This document shows positions 28,540 to 44,499 of a stretch of DNA of 64,000 nucleotides, one piece after another. Location: contig OX597826.1 in assembly GCA_951406725.2 (NCBI GenBank), positions 41,478,001 to 41,542,000 on the forward strand. Reading direction: 5' to 3'. Position 1 is the stretch's first letter, and each line of letters starts with the position of its first letter. The notes beneath the pieces are model-generated. The model searched no databases and was not told where the DNA came from. It worked only from the letters and a program-made list of their open reading frames with translations. Source of the stretch: Octopus vulgaris. Its lineage: Eukaryota. Both the position numbers and the translations under genes were made by a program.

Positions 28540-28742
28540 CAGAGGAGACAAACAAGGACAGACAGACGGATTAAGTCGATTATATCGACCCCAGTACATA
28601 ACTGGTACTTAATTTATCGACCCCGAGAGGATGAAAGGCAAAGTCGACCTCGGCGGAATTTGAACTCAGAACGTAATGGCGAGCGAAATATCGCCAAGCA
28701 TTTTCGTCCGGCGTGCTAACGATTCTGCCAGCTCGCCGCCTT
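28540..28742 (-). mobile_element. Family N SINE; other copies at 29235-29450, 33888-34118, 40575-40778, 61030-61217
   Basis: Reverse complement of the 4026-4250 consensus. Confidence 0.85.
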
Positions 28743-30510
28743 ATGGTTAAAATGTCTTGCGATATCTTTTCCTGCTCTTTACAATCTGAGTTCAAATCCC
28801 ACCGAGGACAGTTTTGCCTTTCATTTCTACAGAGTCGTCAAAACTGTTAGCCTTAACCCTTAACAATTCTTAGACTGAGGACATGGCTCTAATGCTCACA
28901 GCGAAGTGGTCTATGCTAAAAGAGCCCAAGATCAGCTTGTGTTAAGCCGACGCTTTATGTATACGAGAAATTATTGTCTTGTAAGGCCACCGGCTGTATA
29001 AAGGAAGGTAATTGCAGTCGGCGGGGTAGTGGTATTTGTGATGTTCATGTCCTTCCACCGAATATCTTCAGCGGAAAGGAAATGGAATGATTTCAACAGA
29101 GGATTGAACCTATGTCACAGACTATCACACCTTTTATTCTACACCTCAGAATTATGACAGCAGTGCATTAAGAATATAATCACAATTTGAAGTGTGTATC
29201 CATTCCTTTAGCTTTATTTAAGTTTCTACAATGGTTTCAAATTTTGGCGCAATGCCAGCAATTTTAGGGGAAAGAGATTGTCGGTTACATCGACTACAGT
29301 GCTCAGTTGGTATATATTTTATCGAGATCGAAAGGATTTTTATCCTTTCGCTCTCGGCGGAATTTGAACCATGAACACAAAGAGCCTGAAAAAACACTGC
29401 TAAGTATTTTTCTCGACACTCAAAAGATTCTGCTAGCTCGTTGTCTTAATGGCTTCTAAACTAAACAATGAAGGATAATACATTGTGATTGAGGAGCCAT
29501 TTGTCTGATATTTTTAGTGTTACCTCGTATCACCTTTCATTGGGGGAGACGAAATATATTTTGAAGTTCAAGTTCATCGTCATTGCGAACTTTCCAGCTA
29601 AGGACATTTTTGTGTCATTCACATTCTTGAAAAAAAAAAACAAAACAAAAAAAAAACATACACTTTCGGAAATTTGTTAAACATCGATAAAGAGACCTTG
29701 GACTGTTTTATATTTTGCAAATATGTTATCCGTTTAAAAATTCATTGTCATTCTTCATCGGTGAAAACTGCATTTTTTTGCATCGGTCGGTCGAATCATC
29801 CAAGGTTACGTAGTGAAAATTGCTTTTGATAAAATTGCTTTGATAAAAGCTACTGGTAAAAGAAGAGTATCTGATATAAAAACATAGCCACCAGGCACAT
29901 ATACATGTGTGTTGGTATAAATTATATATATAAATAAAGAGAGAAAGATAGAGAGAGAGAGCGAGAAAGAAAGAAAGAGGGAGAGAGAAAGAGAGAGTGG
30001 GACTCTCATACATAAATATACTCCTTTCCTTTGCGTCACTGTCTGGCGTGTTCTTTTATTGACAAGAAGGATTATGTGAAGGCCAGGCTGTTCCTGGCCT
30101 CAGTTAAACAGTCAGTATTGGCAATATAAACCCCATATACAACATTCCTGGTCTTATTCATCCCTTTCTATCTAAGTATTATATAATGCCATGGAAATTC
30201 TCTTAAAACGGCAACGCTGTTTCAATCCTATCTGAAGCGCTTTACAATTGACTTGACTCAGTTCTTAACGATTCAATGAAGGATCATCTATGTGTTGGCT
30301 CGATCTGCTGGAAATTGCAGCTAAATTTCCTTCAAATTACGCCAGAATCCTATGAAATTAAGAGCATTGAACTATGTGGTTTTAGATATTTAAGAAGGTG
30401 GGATGGATACGACTGGAACGTGTATTGATAGATGGCAAGTTGGATGTATGAATAGATAGAAGGATAGACAGATGCATATAAAGAAAGATACACCAATAGA
30501 TAGATTCATG

Positions 30511-31189
<679 letters not shown>

Positions 31190-31259
31190 TAGATAGATTC
31201 ATGGATATATAGATTTGTGCGTGTGTGTGTTTATGTATATTTACACGCACATTCACACG

Positions 31260-31293
<34 letters not shown>

Positions 31294-31529
31294 GTATACT
31301 GTTATGTAAAGGTAAGATCAACAAAAAGAAAGTACTCCATCTGGTGAGAGATAAATATTGTTTAATGAACACAATATAGATTTTTATGAGATACTAATAG
31401 TTTCATGCAACGAAAACAACTCAGTCAACATTTTATAACACGTCTGGTACCTTCGTGCAATCTTCAGGCTATGTTTACATGGCATATACAAGCTAAAACA
31501 AGACGACTGAATAAGAGAAAATACGTTTA

Positions 31530-31655
31530 TTATAATATTTTCTCGGCAGAGATAATGGAATGGTGTACCATTGCCTTCTCTCACAGATCTTGTTTTTACT
31601 CCTGCAGGGTGTCCAGACATCCTCTTCACAAGAGTAGCAAGCTACTCAAGTGAGG
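31530..31655 (-). mobile_element. RTE-related 5' UTR fragment
   Basis: Minus strand GAGAAGGCAATGGTACACCATTCC resembles the conserved RTE/Bov-A motif GAGAAGGCAATGGCACCCCACTCC. Confidence 0.5.
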
Positions 31656-31701
31656 GAGCCGTTTTAGTTACCGGCCACTCGACCATGGAACAGGTAGTAT
31701 T

Positions 31702-32117
31702 AATTTCTTTATTGCCCACCGGGAGCTTAACATAGAGGGAACAAACAAGGACAGACAAAGGGATTAAGTTGATTACATCGACTCCAGTGCGCTACCGGTA
31801 CTTATTTAATCGACACCAAAAGGATGAAAAGCAAAGTCGACCTTGGTGGAATTTGAACTCAGAACGTAACGGCAGACGAAATACCTATTTCTTAACTACC
31901 CACAAGGGGCTAAACACAAAGAAGACAAACACGGACAGACAAAGGGATTAAGTCGATTATATCGACCTCAGTGCGTAACTGGTACTTAATTTATCAACCC
32001 CGAAAAGATGAAAGGCAAAGTCGACCTCGGCGGGATTTGAACTCAGAACGGAGCGGCAGACGAAATACGGCTACGCATTTCGCCCAGCGTGCTAACGATT
32101 CTGCCAGCTCGCCGCCT
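31702..32117 (-). mobile_element. Dimeric family N SINE
   Basis: Same AAGAAATAG|GTATTTCG junction, at ~31878-31893. Confidence 0.8.
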
Positions 32118-32790
32118 CAGTATTGGTTTACATGGGACAAGTTGACGGTCTCTTCAACATGTGATGAAATCCCGGACCTGACGTATAGGTAGATAGATAG
32201 ATATGTGGAATGTGAGTTAGATAAGTGTACAGTTGTATGAACTGGCGGGTGGGTGGATATAGATATGAATATATTATGTGTGACTGAATATACAATTCAA
32301 TGAGTGTATACATGGTTTGAGAGACATGTGCACTAACGAATATATAAAATGATAGATGAATAAAAACATGGACTTATGAATGAACCAGTGGTGGTGGTGG
32401 TGCTGGCGTTAGTGGCTACTGGGACAAGGTAGGCGTTCCGGTTTTTTGTCAATAGATTAAAAACAGTCTCATATTAGTTACTATTAGTAATCTAAAGTAA
32501 TGGTGGGGCAGGACCCGTTTTTCTGGCACACAGAAGGACAGGAGAGAAAGAAAGTGTGGATGAGTGAGAGAGAGAGAGAGAAAGAGAGAGAGATATAGAG
32601 AGAGAGGGAGAGGGAGAGAGCGCCTTTGTGTTACTCTTTCACTCGCACCTCTCTCTCTCTCTCTCTCTTCCACGAGGGATAAATTCCGAAACGTCTGCCT
32701 AATTCATGAACAGTGCGTAAGCCTATTCCGATCAGCACAACCATAATACCCATCGCCACCGTAACCAAAAACACTACCACTAGCACCAGC

Positions 32791-32826
<36 letters not shown>

Positions 32827-32976
32827 GCAGCAGCAGCAGCAGCAGCGTTACTTCTACTTACAATTACAAATTACTAATTACGAATACTTTCTATTAACAA
32901 GTTTTATAGTCGTATTATATATAACATGAAATGGCTGGTGTTTACAACTAGCATTGTTGTAGTAGTCGTTGTTGCT

Positions 32977-33018
<42 letters not shown>

Positions 33019-33260
33019 ATAGTTGTTGTTGTTGTTGTTGTTGCTGTTGTTGCAGAGCCAAGACAAGAGATTCTCAGTGAAGATTTCTCGTTTGCACGAT
33101 TCCTGTCACAATTCGTTCCCACGCTATAACTGAAGGATTGTCTTCCTGTTTTCAAAAAAAAGACAATTCCCACCTTTGTAGAAAGTATATAAGAATGCGC
33201 GCGCGCATGAGTGAATATACATACTCACACACACACACACACACATATATATGATATATG

Positions 33261-33300
<40 letters not shown>

Positions 33301-33346
33301 AATATATATATGATATATATATATATATATATATCAAACATATATA

Positions 33347-33402
<56 letters not shown>

Positions 33403-33406
33403 TCAA

Positions 33407-33444
<38 letters not shown>

Positions 33445-36400
33445 CGTTATACCTTCACTAAATCGACACCTACACACACACACACACACACACACATGCA
33501 CATTCACATATGCACACATACACACTCGCGCGCGCGCTCACGCACATCACAGCTCTTTGTCTTTGAACAAACCACTTCATTCCACAGTGACCCCTTTCTG
33601 TGCAGCTGAAATTGAGCAACAGTCTCAGAAGTTTCTCTACGTAAACTCTGAGAAGGAAATACGTTCCATTCAGGTGGTGGTGCTAACCATTGAAGTCTTT
33701 GGGTCGCTTTTGTGATGTAGATGCTGGGATGAAGTCCTGCCTGTTGACATTGCACAGAATCTCGACCGACCTAAGAACTTAGAAGATCGTAGCACTTCTG
33801 GTGGTGGTGGTGTGGTGATAGTGATATTGACAATAGTGATGATGACAATGACGATGATGATGTTGATGATGATGATGATGATGATAAGGAGGCGAGCTGG
33901 CAGAAACGTTAGCACGCCAGGCGAAATGCGTAGCCGTATTTCGTCTGCCGTTACGTTCTGAGTTCAAATTCCGCCGAGGTCGACTTTACCTTTCATCCTT
34001 TCGGGGTCGATTAAATAAGTACCAGTTACGCACTGGGGTCGGTATAATCGACTTAATCCGTTTGTCTGTCCTTGTTTGTCCTCTCTGTATTTAGCTCCTT
34101 GTGGGTAATAAAGAAATAGATGATGATGATGATGATGATGGTGTTGTGATGGTGAGGGTGATGCCGTTGATGACTATGGTGATGGTGATGGTTATGATCA
34201 TTGTAGTGATGATGACGATGATGATTATGATGATGATGATGGTGGTGGTGAGAAGGAGGATTAGTATGAAGATAAAAGTGGTAGTGATCGTTATGGATCT
34301 AGTCTTTCTCATTCGCAAAATGACCTCCCCACCACCACCACCGACACTAATTTTGCTCAGATTGCTTTTCAGTTTTAGTGTATCGATGCAACTCTGAATT
34401 TTGATTACGAACGATCAATTATTTTATCTCGTGAAGTAAAGAATCTGATGTTATTTGGCATTAAAGTTATGAAAATTTGGGTAATTTTAGCCAATCAAAA
34501 GACAGCGTGGCATTACCAGCTTGTTACCATGACAACCACACGCTGTGTTGAGGTTCACTGTTGTCTGTGCCGCTGTTGTCTATGTTAATTTTTCACATAA
34601 GTTAGTATATTACATATTTTTCTGTGCTTTTTTCTGTGTTTTTTTCTGTGTTAGTATTTTTACATATTTTTCATTTCATATATTTTTGGGACACATTGAC
34701 TCAGGTAGCTGGATTTATGATTTCACTAGATTAATTCTGTTAAAAAAAATTTTAATTAGGAGTATTTCTTCACATTTCACATTTCAACAGCTTAACTGAA
34801 ATTAAGTCCACGCAACAGGAACTGAGAGGGATATCGCGGAACAGAGAAACTATGGGTGATACAGATAATTTGACATTATTTTTGAATTCTGCATGCAAAA
34901 GCATATAAGATACAGGTATCCTTTCCCTCGGGACAAATTCTTTTTTGACCAGTGTTATTCTTATCGTAGTTTACAAATCCAGGCATGAAAACGTTACTCA
35001 ACTTTGGAGTTTTGGAGAAAGACACCCCCTTCACACACACACACACGAATGCATAAATGTACATATAAACTTATATATGAATACATACATCCACATGCAC
35101 TTATATATTAATGATGCACACAAATACGTGACAGGTGTACATAATACTGAAATACGCATAAAGTAAACACATGCAAATATATTATTATAACAAATTAAAA
35201 AATAATTAAACCATACAATCAATGAGGAGACAAAAGAAACAGTAAGATGATACATGTTGATTTTATTTGGTATTTCTGTTTATTTAGAAACCTATAATGA
35301 ACAGGTCATATTCTAAGCACTAAATTCCACAGGGTACAACCTTAAAGTTGTCACCGCTCTGCTAAATGCAGAAAATTTCTGTCTCGCTATTGGCTAAAAA
35401 TACACAGTTTTTTCGATTTTTAAACCTCTGTACGTTTTTACTCCAATTTTTTTTCTTCACAGCATCATAACCTTCAAAGTAATGGGACTGGAAGGCTACA
35501 TTATTATAGCCGATTTTCAGATGTTTTACTGTCTTTTAAAAAAATGCATATTTTGTGAATGAAAAAAAAAACTAGTATCATCGCTATGATGATAATGGTT
35601 ATAGAGATAATGATGATGATGGTAATGAGAATGATAATTATGTTGAAGATGTGATGGTGATGATTATGGTGATAACGATGGTGAAGATGATGATGATGAT
35701 GATGATGATGATAATGATAATGATGATGATGGTGATGGTGTGCCAGTTATAGTGGTGACGGTTATGGAAGTAGTAGTGGTGGTGATGGTAGTGGAGGTGG
35801 TAGTGGTGGTGGTGGTTATGTTGATGACGACATTTGATGGTAATAATGTTGGTGATAGTGATAATGGTGATGATGGTGGTAGTGACGGTGGTGTTGCCGG
35901 TGAACGTAATGATGTCTGGTGACAGTGGGTTGTGGTAAAAGTTTGGGGCTGGTTCGAACCCGACAAATTCTTGGAATAAGAATCCCTCTCCGCAATAACA
36001 CACTAACCCACCTTGAACAATATAAACAAAAGAAACACCAAGTCCCCTACCACCACTACCACTACAAAAAAAGTAACAAAAAAACCCCAAAAAACATCAA
36101 AAACTAAGTCTCTGCACTGAATTATTAAAGAAAACAATGTAAGAAGTATTGTCAAAAACCGGAAGCCATAAACAAATGATTGAAGCGGAAGAAGTCAAGG
36201 AGTGTGATCATGTGACCAATTTCTGAAAAACAATAGATTTTCTATAAATTTATTTTTTCATTTATAATTGTTTTTCTTATCAGGGCTTGATAGTTATTTT
36301 CTTCAACTCTTTCATTATAAGAATACCCATGCACACATACAGAGACAGACAGACAGACAGACAGATAGACACACACACATGCACATACACATGTATGCAC

Positions 36401-36484
36401 TCATATACAAGTGTATCTGGCTGCGTATGTGTGTATGTACATGTATACATATTCACACACACACTATTTACATGTGCATGTATG

Positions 36485-36516
<32 letters not shown>

Positions 36517-37075
36517 TACACATACATATATATATGTATGTGTATATATATATACATATATATATATACACACATATATATATATATATGTATATATATA
36601 TATGTGTATATATATATATATATATACATATAGATATGTATGTGTATATATATATATATATATAAATATATATATACATACATGCATATATACATATATA
36701 TCTATATATATATATATACATACATGTATTCATATATAAATATACACACATACTTATATATATATACATATGAATACGTACATGAATATATACATATATG
36801 TTTACAAGTATTTATACACGCACACGCCCACATATGTGCATATCTAAATGCATACAAAAGCACAACTAGATATTCCCTTCTCCATGCTTTCACGACTCCG
36901 ACTCTTCCTACTCCCCTTCCTTCCTCTCACTTCGTTCACGTACTTTCTGACAAACCCCCATTCATTCACTCGTTCATTCATTTAGCCTTTCATTCATACC
37001 TTATAAGCAAGACATTACACCCATCCCCAGAAGATACGCATTCTTCACCCACGTATATATTTATGTGTATGTGTG

Positions 37076-37117
<42 letters not shown>

Positions 37118-37324
37118 TATATATATACATATGCATATACATACATGCATACATACATATAAATATATAATTATATATACATATATATGTACATATACAT
37201 ACATACATATAAATTCAGATACAGTTTTGTAAACACTATACCTACACACACATTTACACACAAATATATATATAGAGAGGGAGAGAATGGTACATACACA
37301 CATATACATGCATATATATATACA

Positions 37325-37359
<35 letters not shown>

Positions 37360-37573
37360 AGGTTATACGAGGTAATGGTGTCATTGAAACCCAAAGGTGT
37401 CAGGTAATGCGGCATAAGTGCTATAGACAGGCCATAGTTAAGTTCCAGGTTCGGTGATTATGCGAATAAGGGGTTCAACGTTGGTCATATGTCAGCGGGT
37501 GTACATGAATTTTTTTTTTGTAATGAGATAAAAAAACCAAGGCTGTGTAGATTTTAGTACATTTATAGATATA

Positions 37574-37953
37574 CTAGCAGTATCGCCCGGCGTTGTTCGG
37601 GTTTGTAAGGGAAATAACTATAAAGCATTTTTAGAGAGTTATAGCCAAAAAATAGCAAAAAAATGGGGGGAAAAATGATGGTAAATTTTTTTGAGTTAAA
37701 AAGGTCGAGTTGCGTCCCCTAGACAGTCTGTGGTTTGTGTTTCTGATTCTCGACCCCATGTCGAATTTATCGATTTTTTTCAGAACTGGGGGAACTTTTC
37801 AAAATTTTCGCTGCGTTAGTTTTGAATTATGACATTGGGCTATGTATGTGTCAAGTTTCATCAGAATCGGTTGAAAGCTGTGGTCACGGTGAGGGTACAA
37901 CCTAACAGACACACAGAAACACACACAGACAAACTGCCGTTTATATAGAGAGA
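37574..37953 (-). mobile_element. Non-autonomous Helitron
   Basis: The minus strand starts A|TCTCTCTATATAA and ends with a CCCGAACAACGCCGGG hairpin plus CTAG|T. It is inserted between A and T, with no TSD. Confidence 0.75.
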
Positions 37954-38327
37954 TATATATATATATAAATGTTATAAAATCTACACAGCCTTGGTTCTTT
38001 TCCTATCTCATTACGAAAAATTATATATATATGTATATATAAATTTAAAATGAGGGTGAGAAATTTAATATTAATTTAATTAATATCAATTTCACACCAG
38101 TGGTCTAGCATATAAAAAAACTGAAGGTTCAGTAAAAATTGTATTATATGCATATGAGAGGGAAACCACTATGTGGATGCCCTTATGCTAGAAGTAGATC
38201 CGCTATAGTCTTACCACTAAGAAATGTTCTCAAGAAATAAATTGTATGTATGCATGTATGTATGTATGTATGTATGTATGTATGTATGTATGTATGTATG
38301 TATGTATGTATGTATGTATGTATGTAT

Positions 38328-38387
<60 letters not shown>

Positions 38388-38389
38388 GA

Positions 38390-38598
38390 TTACGATCCCT
38401 ATTGATCAATTTTTTTTCCCTCTCCCCTTTTCTCCCCCCACCCCTTTTTTTAAAAATCCTCCCCTTTTTTGTCCTCTTTCTTTCCTTTTACGATCCCTTT
38501 TGATCGAAAACCAACCCCCTTTTTTGACCCCCAAAAGAAAAGCTCTACCTTGTAATTTGTTCTGTCTGTGTGCAGCCCTGTGTGGCTAATAAAGAAAC
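38390..38598 (+). mobile_element. Second copy of the (TATC)n-embedded LINE 3' end
   Basis: Matches 9020-9168 and has (TATC)n on both sides. Confidence 0.7.
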
Positions 38599-38599
38599 A

Positions 38600-38650
<51 letters not shown>

Positions 38651-38999
38651 TTATCTATACACTCATTTATGCAGGCACACAGCCATACATGCATATACCT
38701 GGCGTATCGTGAGACGATGACATGGAATAACTAGTTTGTTTATTATCATCATTGAGTAAATTACATCTACTTTTGGTGACGTGTATACCATACATTACAT
38801 GCATTCATGCATAAATACATACAGACATACATACATACAAGGAGAGAAAAAATATGTGTAGTGGCTAACGACCTATCATATATGTCTGTGCTTAATTATT
38901 ATTATATGTATATAAATACGTTCTTAAATAAAGTTGCCCTTCATTTTTGAAGCTCCGACGAAGCTATGATCACTCAACTAAGTTTGCTATTTGATTTCT

Positions 39000-40212
39000 C
39001 ATCGGTGTGTGTGTATATGTATGTATATTTATTAATATTTAGCAATAGTAACAAAGTGACTCCTTGAGTTTCGTGCATTGGCACTTATCAAGTGTCATCG
39101 CGCGTATGCCTACAACAGTTACGTGAAGAATAACGAGTTTCGGCGCCACTTCAACATTCATTGAAATCAGGTTCTTCCCACCCGTAGCACAATCTTACGT
39201 TGGGTGAATGCACTTCATACACGAGGTACACTAATAAATAGGAGACCGGCTGAGGCTCCACGAACGGTACTGACCCCGGAAAATGTGGAGCGCGTCAGAC
39301 AAGCTTTAATATAGAGTCCAAATCTCTCTGCTCGGAGGTATTCCACTGAACTTGGCATCGGTAATCGATCGGTAAGGCGTATTTTGCATGATGACCTGCA
39401 TTTCCACCCGTACAAATTGGTCATTAGGTAACAGTTGAAATCATGGGACTACGCACAGTGGCTTAACTTCGCACGTTAGATGGAAGCAATTTTTGAGGCA
39501 AATGACAACCTCGTTTTGTTAATGAGTGATGAAGCTCATTTTCATCTCAATGACATGGTGAATCAACAGGACTGTCGTTATTGGGCTTTTGAAAATCTGA
39601 GGGAACAGCACGAAAGATCACTGCACAGCCCCAAAGTGATGGTCTGGTATGCTGTTGGGAAAGCTGCGGTCAATGATCCTTACTTTTTTTAATACAATAA
39701 GGAAAATGCTGCTATTGTGAACTCTGAGCGTTACATCGAGATGATAAACAACTTCTTTGTGTCTGAATTACGACAAAAACGTATGCTTATTCGACATGTG
39801 TGGTTTCAGCAGGATGGGGCGATGGCCCACACAGACAGAGCATCAATGGACGTTCATCCCTGGCATTCCTTTACCGTCTCGGCCCTCTGGTTTATCAATG
39901 TGTGGTTATTTCTTGCGGGGGAAACTCCAAGGCACGTGTGCATGCGCATAAACCCCGCACATTGGACGATTTGAAGGAAGCCCAAATCGAAAGAGCAATG
40001 CTGGAGAGAGTGGAGGCCAACTTCCAAAAACGCATTCATAAATGCATCAATGACAATGGACACCACATGATGAATGTTGTTTTCCCACGCTTGATTTTGA
40101 CAAATGCTAATTCAATACGAACACATTGATGTCAATAAAATTTGTTTGCAGCTAAAAATTAATGATTTTGTTAATTTTTCAAAAACCTACGTCCTCTCTG
40201 TCCCACCCTGTG
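39000..40212 (+). mobile_element. Decayed Tc1/mariner-superfamily (Tc3/rosa-like) element
   Basis: Motifs LHFHPYK, MSDEAHFHL, HERSLHSPKV, FQQDGA.AH and CINDNGHH, with stops and frameshifts. It ends CCACCCTG-TGTA. Confidence 0.85.
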
Positions 40213-40291
40213 TATGTATGTATGTATGCATTTATGCATGCATGTATAGATATAGACAGATAAATATATATTTTAAATATATTATACATAC

Positions 40292-40346
<55 letters not shown>

Positions 40347-40359
40347 TATACATATATCG

Positions 40360-40538
40360 CCATGATAGATCGTTAACCACTACACACATTTTTTTCTCTC
40401 CTTGTTTTTTCTGTGTCCCTTTCTGTAGAAGAGCGTAGGCACGAAACGTAAAAGACTTTCTATTCCTGAGCGTTATACTAATACATCTGTTTGTTTTGTA
40501 CACCACCTGTCTTCGTCTTTTGTTTTTTCGTAAACTCT

Positions 40539-40542
<4 letters not shown>
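40360..40542 (+). mobile_element. Family B copy with hammerhead motif at 40419-40454
   Basis: cttt-CTGTAGA-A-GAGC gtag GCAC-GAAA-CGTA-aaag, with (TA)n flanks. Confidence 0.72.
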
Positions 40543-40578
<36 letters not shown>

Positions 40579-41305
40579 GTATAAGGCCTGAAATTTTGTG
40601 AGAGACGCTAGCCGATTATATCGCCCCCCGTACTCAAGTGGTACATATTTTATCGACCCCGAAAAGATAAAAAGTAAAGTCGACCTAGGCGGAATTTGAA
40701 CTCAGAATGTGAAGACAGACGAAACGCCGATAAGCATTTTGCCCGGTATGCTAACGATTCTGCCGGCTCGCCGCCTTAAATGAATTAATAATAACGATAA
40801 CACGAGAACATATATTACATGGAAATGTATTAAAATAATGTCTTTCACCGAGTTTTTGTTACAAATTATCTACATATGCTTTCTCTGTAGCTAACCACCC
40901 ACAAACACACATACACACACACATATACACATACTACACACGTACGTACACATACACTCACACACATAAATACACATGTATACAAATACACACACATAAG
41001 CCAGCAGTAATATGGAAAACAAACATAAGAGTTTAATAGTTTCACAGAGTTGTAGCTTTAAAGATGTCACCCGAAGTGCTATACGAATACGACATTGTCT
41101 TTCTATAAGACCGACAAATAGAGAAATATCAATAGTTATACAAAAAATCGATATTATGAAGACAAAAAAAAATCAATTTTGTAGAGTGTAAAAAAAAAGA
41201 TAGAAAATTTAGACAGCTGTCGTTTCTTTTGTAACTTAAGTGATCACCAACGTAAATAACATGGTTGTTTTTGTGTGTGTGTATATATATACACACACAC
41301 ACATA

Positions 41306-41341
<36 letters not shown>

Positions 41342-41479
41342 TGTATGTATGTATGTATGTATGTATGTATGTATGTATATATATATGTATATATATTTAT
41401 GTGTGTGTTGTGTATATATATATATATATATATATTGTATATATGTATGTATGTATATATATATATATATATATGTATG

Positions 41480-41891
<412 letters not shown>

Positions 41892-42644
41892 CATACATAT
41901 ACATACATATGTATGTATATATACATAGATGCATATGTATATATACGTATATATACATGTATATATATATGTATATACACATAAATAATACATACACACA
42001 TACTATATATATATATACATACACACACACGCATAAACTATTCTCATATATATATGCGTGCGTGTGTTTGTGTGTGTGTGTGTATTTATATATGCCACTT
42101 TGCTTTATGTCGAACGAAGGAGAGAGGAGTGCTCAAAAATATTGTAGAAGATATGGGTTTCACTGAATCGCGTGGCGTGAAGCTCAAAAACTGTTTCATT
42201 TTCAATAAAAGAAAACAACAAATATAATATAAAATAATATAATATAATATAATATAATATATTATAATATAATATAGTATAGTATGATATAGTATAATAT
42301 GATATATATATATATATATATATATAGTACAAAGTAAGATAGGGGTTATGAATGTAAGCCACTATGGGATATCAATTATCCAATATACTGTTGGTAAAGT
42401 ACACAAATTCTTAATACATAAATGCTTTTAATTCATTTATTGCATTAAATGGGTGAAGGTAAAAAATAATTTTATCGTAAATTTATAATACAAATAAGAA
42501 AATGGAGAAACAAATTCATCTCGTTCATCAACTTACGGATATTACAAATATTAGTATAGCATAATATATATAGCATATATAGATAGATATAATATATAAT
42601 ATAATGTAATATAATATATATATATTTTTTATATATATATATAT

Positions 42645-42712
<68 letters not shown>

Positions 42713-42847
42713 GTAATAATATATATATATATATATCACCGTGATTGACCAGGCTATCAGATGTTGCTACACATCGCTGGACACAATGCGCTTTGCATTG
42801 ATTTAGCCTTCAAATGACGTCACCCCGCTGGCTAAGCGAGCAGACCA

Positions 42848-42902
<55 letters not shown>

Positions 42903-43061
42903 GGTCCCGGGTTGAGTCGGGGTTTAACCACAGTAAATAAGGTACTCAATACATAGCAGAGTAAAGTAATTTATAAATATATATATATATCTAGGTCCCG
43001 GGTTGAGTCGGGGTTAACCACAGTAAATAAGGTACTCAATACATAGCAGAGTAAAGTAATT

Positions 43062-43132
<71 letters not shown>

Positions 43133-43354
43133 ATAAGATCGTTATTTAAAATACCAATCCTATCAGGTGGCCAGTATGTGAACAAAAACCTCAAAAGGTA
43201 ATTAAGGGTATCTAAGAGATACCATCATGCTTGAAATTACAGTCAAAACTTGACTCTAAAACCACATTAAATGTTCATACAGCACCAGTACCCAAAAAAT
43301 TTCCATATATATTCCACACGGGTTTTATTTACGTGTATTTTTATGTATATTTAT

Positions 43355-43684
43355 ATGTTCTTTTATTCTCTTATTTGTTTCAGTCATTTGACTGCGGCCA
43401 TGCTGGAGTACCGCCTTTAGTCGAGCATATATATCCCACCCGGGTTTTATTTATGTGTATTTTTATGTATATTTATATGTTCTTTTATTCTCTTATTTGT
43501 TTCAGTCATTTGACTGCGGCCATGCTGGAGTACCGCCTTTAGTCGAGCAAATCGACCCCAGGACTTATTTTTTGTAATCCTAGTACTTATTCTATCGTTC
43601 TCTTTTGCCGAACCGCTATGTTACGGGGACGTAAAGACACCAGCAACGATTGTCAAACGATGTTGGGTGGGGGGAGACAAACAC

Positions 43685-43752
<68 letters not shown>

Positions 43753-43908
43753 CGGGCTTCTTTCAGTTTCCGTCTACCAAATCTACTCACAAGGTTTTGG
43801 TCAGCCCGAGGCTATAGTAGAAGATACTTGCCCAAGATGCCACACAGTAGGACTGAACGCGGAACCATGTGGTTGGTAAGCAAACTACTCACCACACAGC
43901 CACACCTG
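43355..43908 (-). mobile_element. Family M SINE with a tandemly duplicated 3' end
   Basis: Full consensus on the minus strand. A ~123-bp segment (SINE tail plus flank) is repeated at ~43310-43430 and ~43435-43550. Confidence 0.8.
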
Positions 43909-44020
43909 CATCTATCTATATATCTATCTATATATATTTAAAAGTATAAAAATATATATATTCATATATGTCGATATGTATTAATCTATACATACATACA
44001 TACATACATACATACATACA

Positions 44021-44090
<70 letters not shown>

Positions 44091-44222
44091 AAATGTAAAC
44101 AAACTAATGTCTGCCTTAGAAGCCCTGAAATATGTATTGTGAAATACAAAATAAGATAGTATATTTTCAAACACACAAACGCTGATAAAACAGCGGAAAA
44201 ATATGTCAGCAACCAGGTATGG

Positions 44223-44259
<37 letters not shown>

Positions 44260-44499
44260 CAAATGATTCGACCTTAGACACCGATATATTTACGAGGGAC
44301 CAATTCGGCGGATAAAGATTTGCTATAAGAGGCTTCTGAGCCCCTAGAAACAGCTGTTGCACTTATAATACCTTTGCTTCTCGCCTTTAACTTTCTCTGT
44401 CGTTTGTACTCTGCGTAAATTTGATCTTTTAATATATGAATATCCATATATTTTTACTTAAATATTCATCGTCTGAAAATCTTCAGTCTTTATTTCTTT

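Noticed and set aside
34380-35560. Possible DNA transposon with inverted TTTTAGCCAAT / ATTGGCTAAAA motifs
   Set aside because: Termini and TSD could not be defined by eye.
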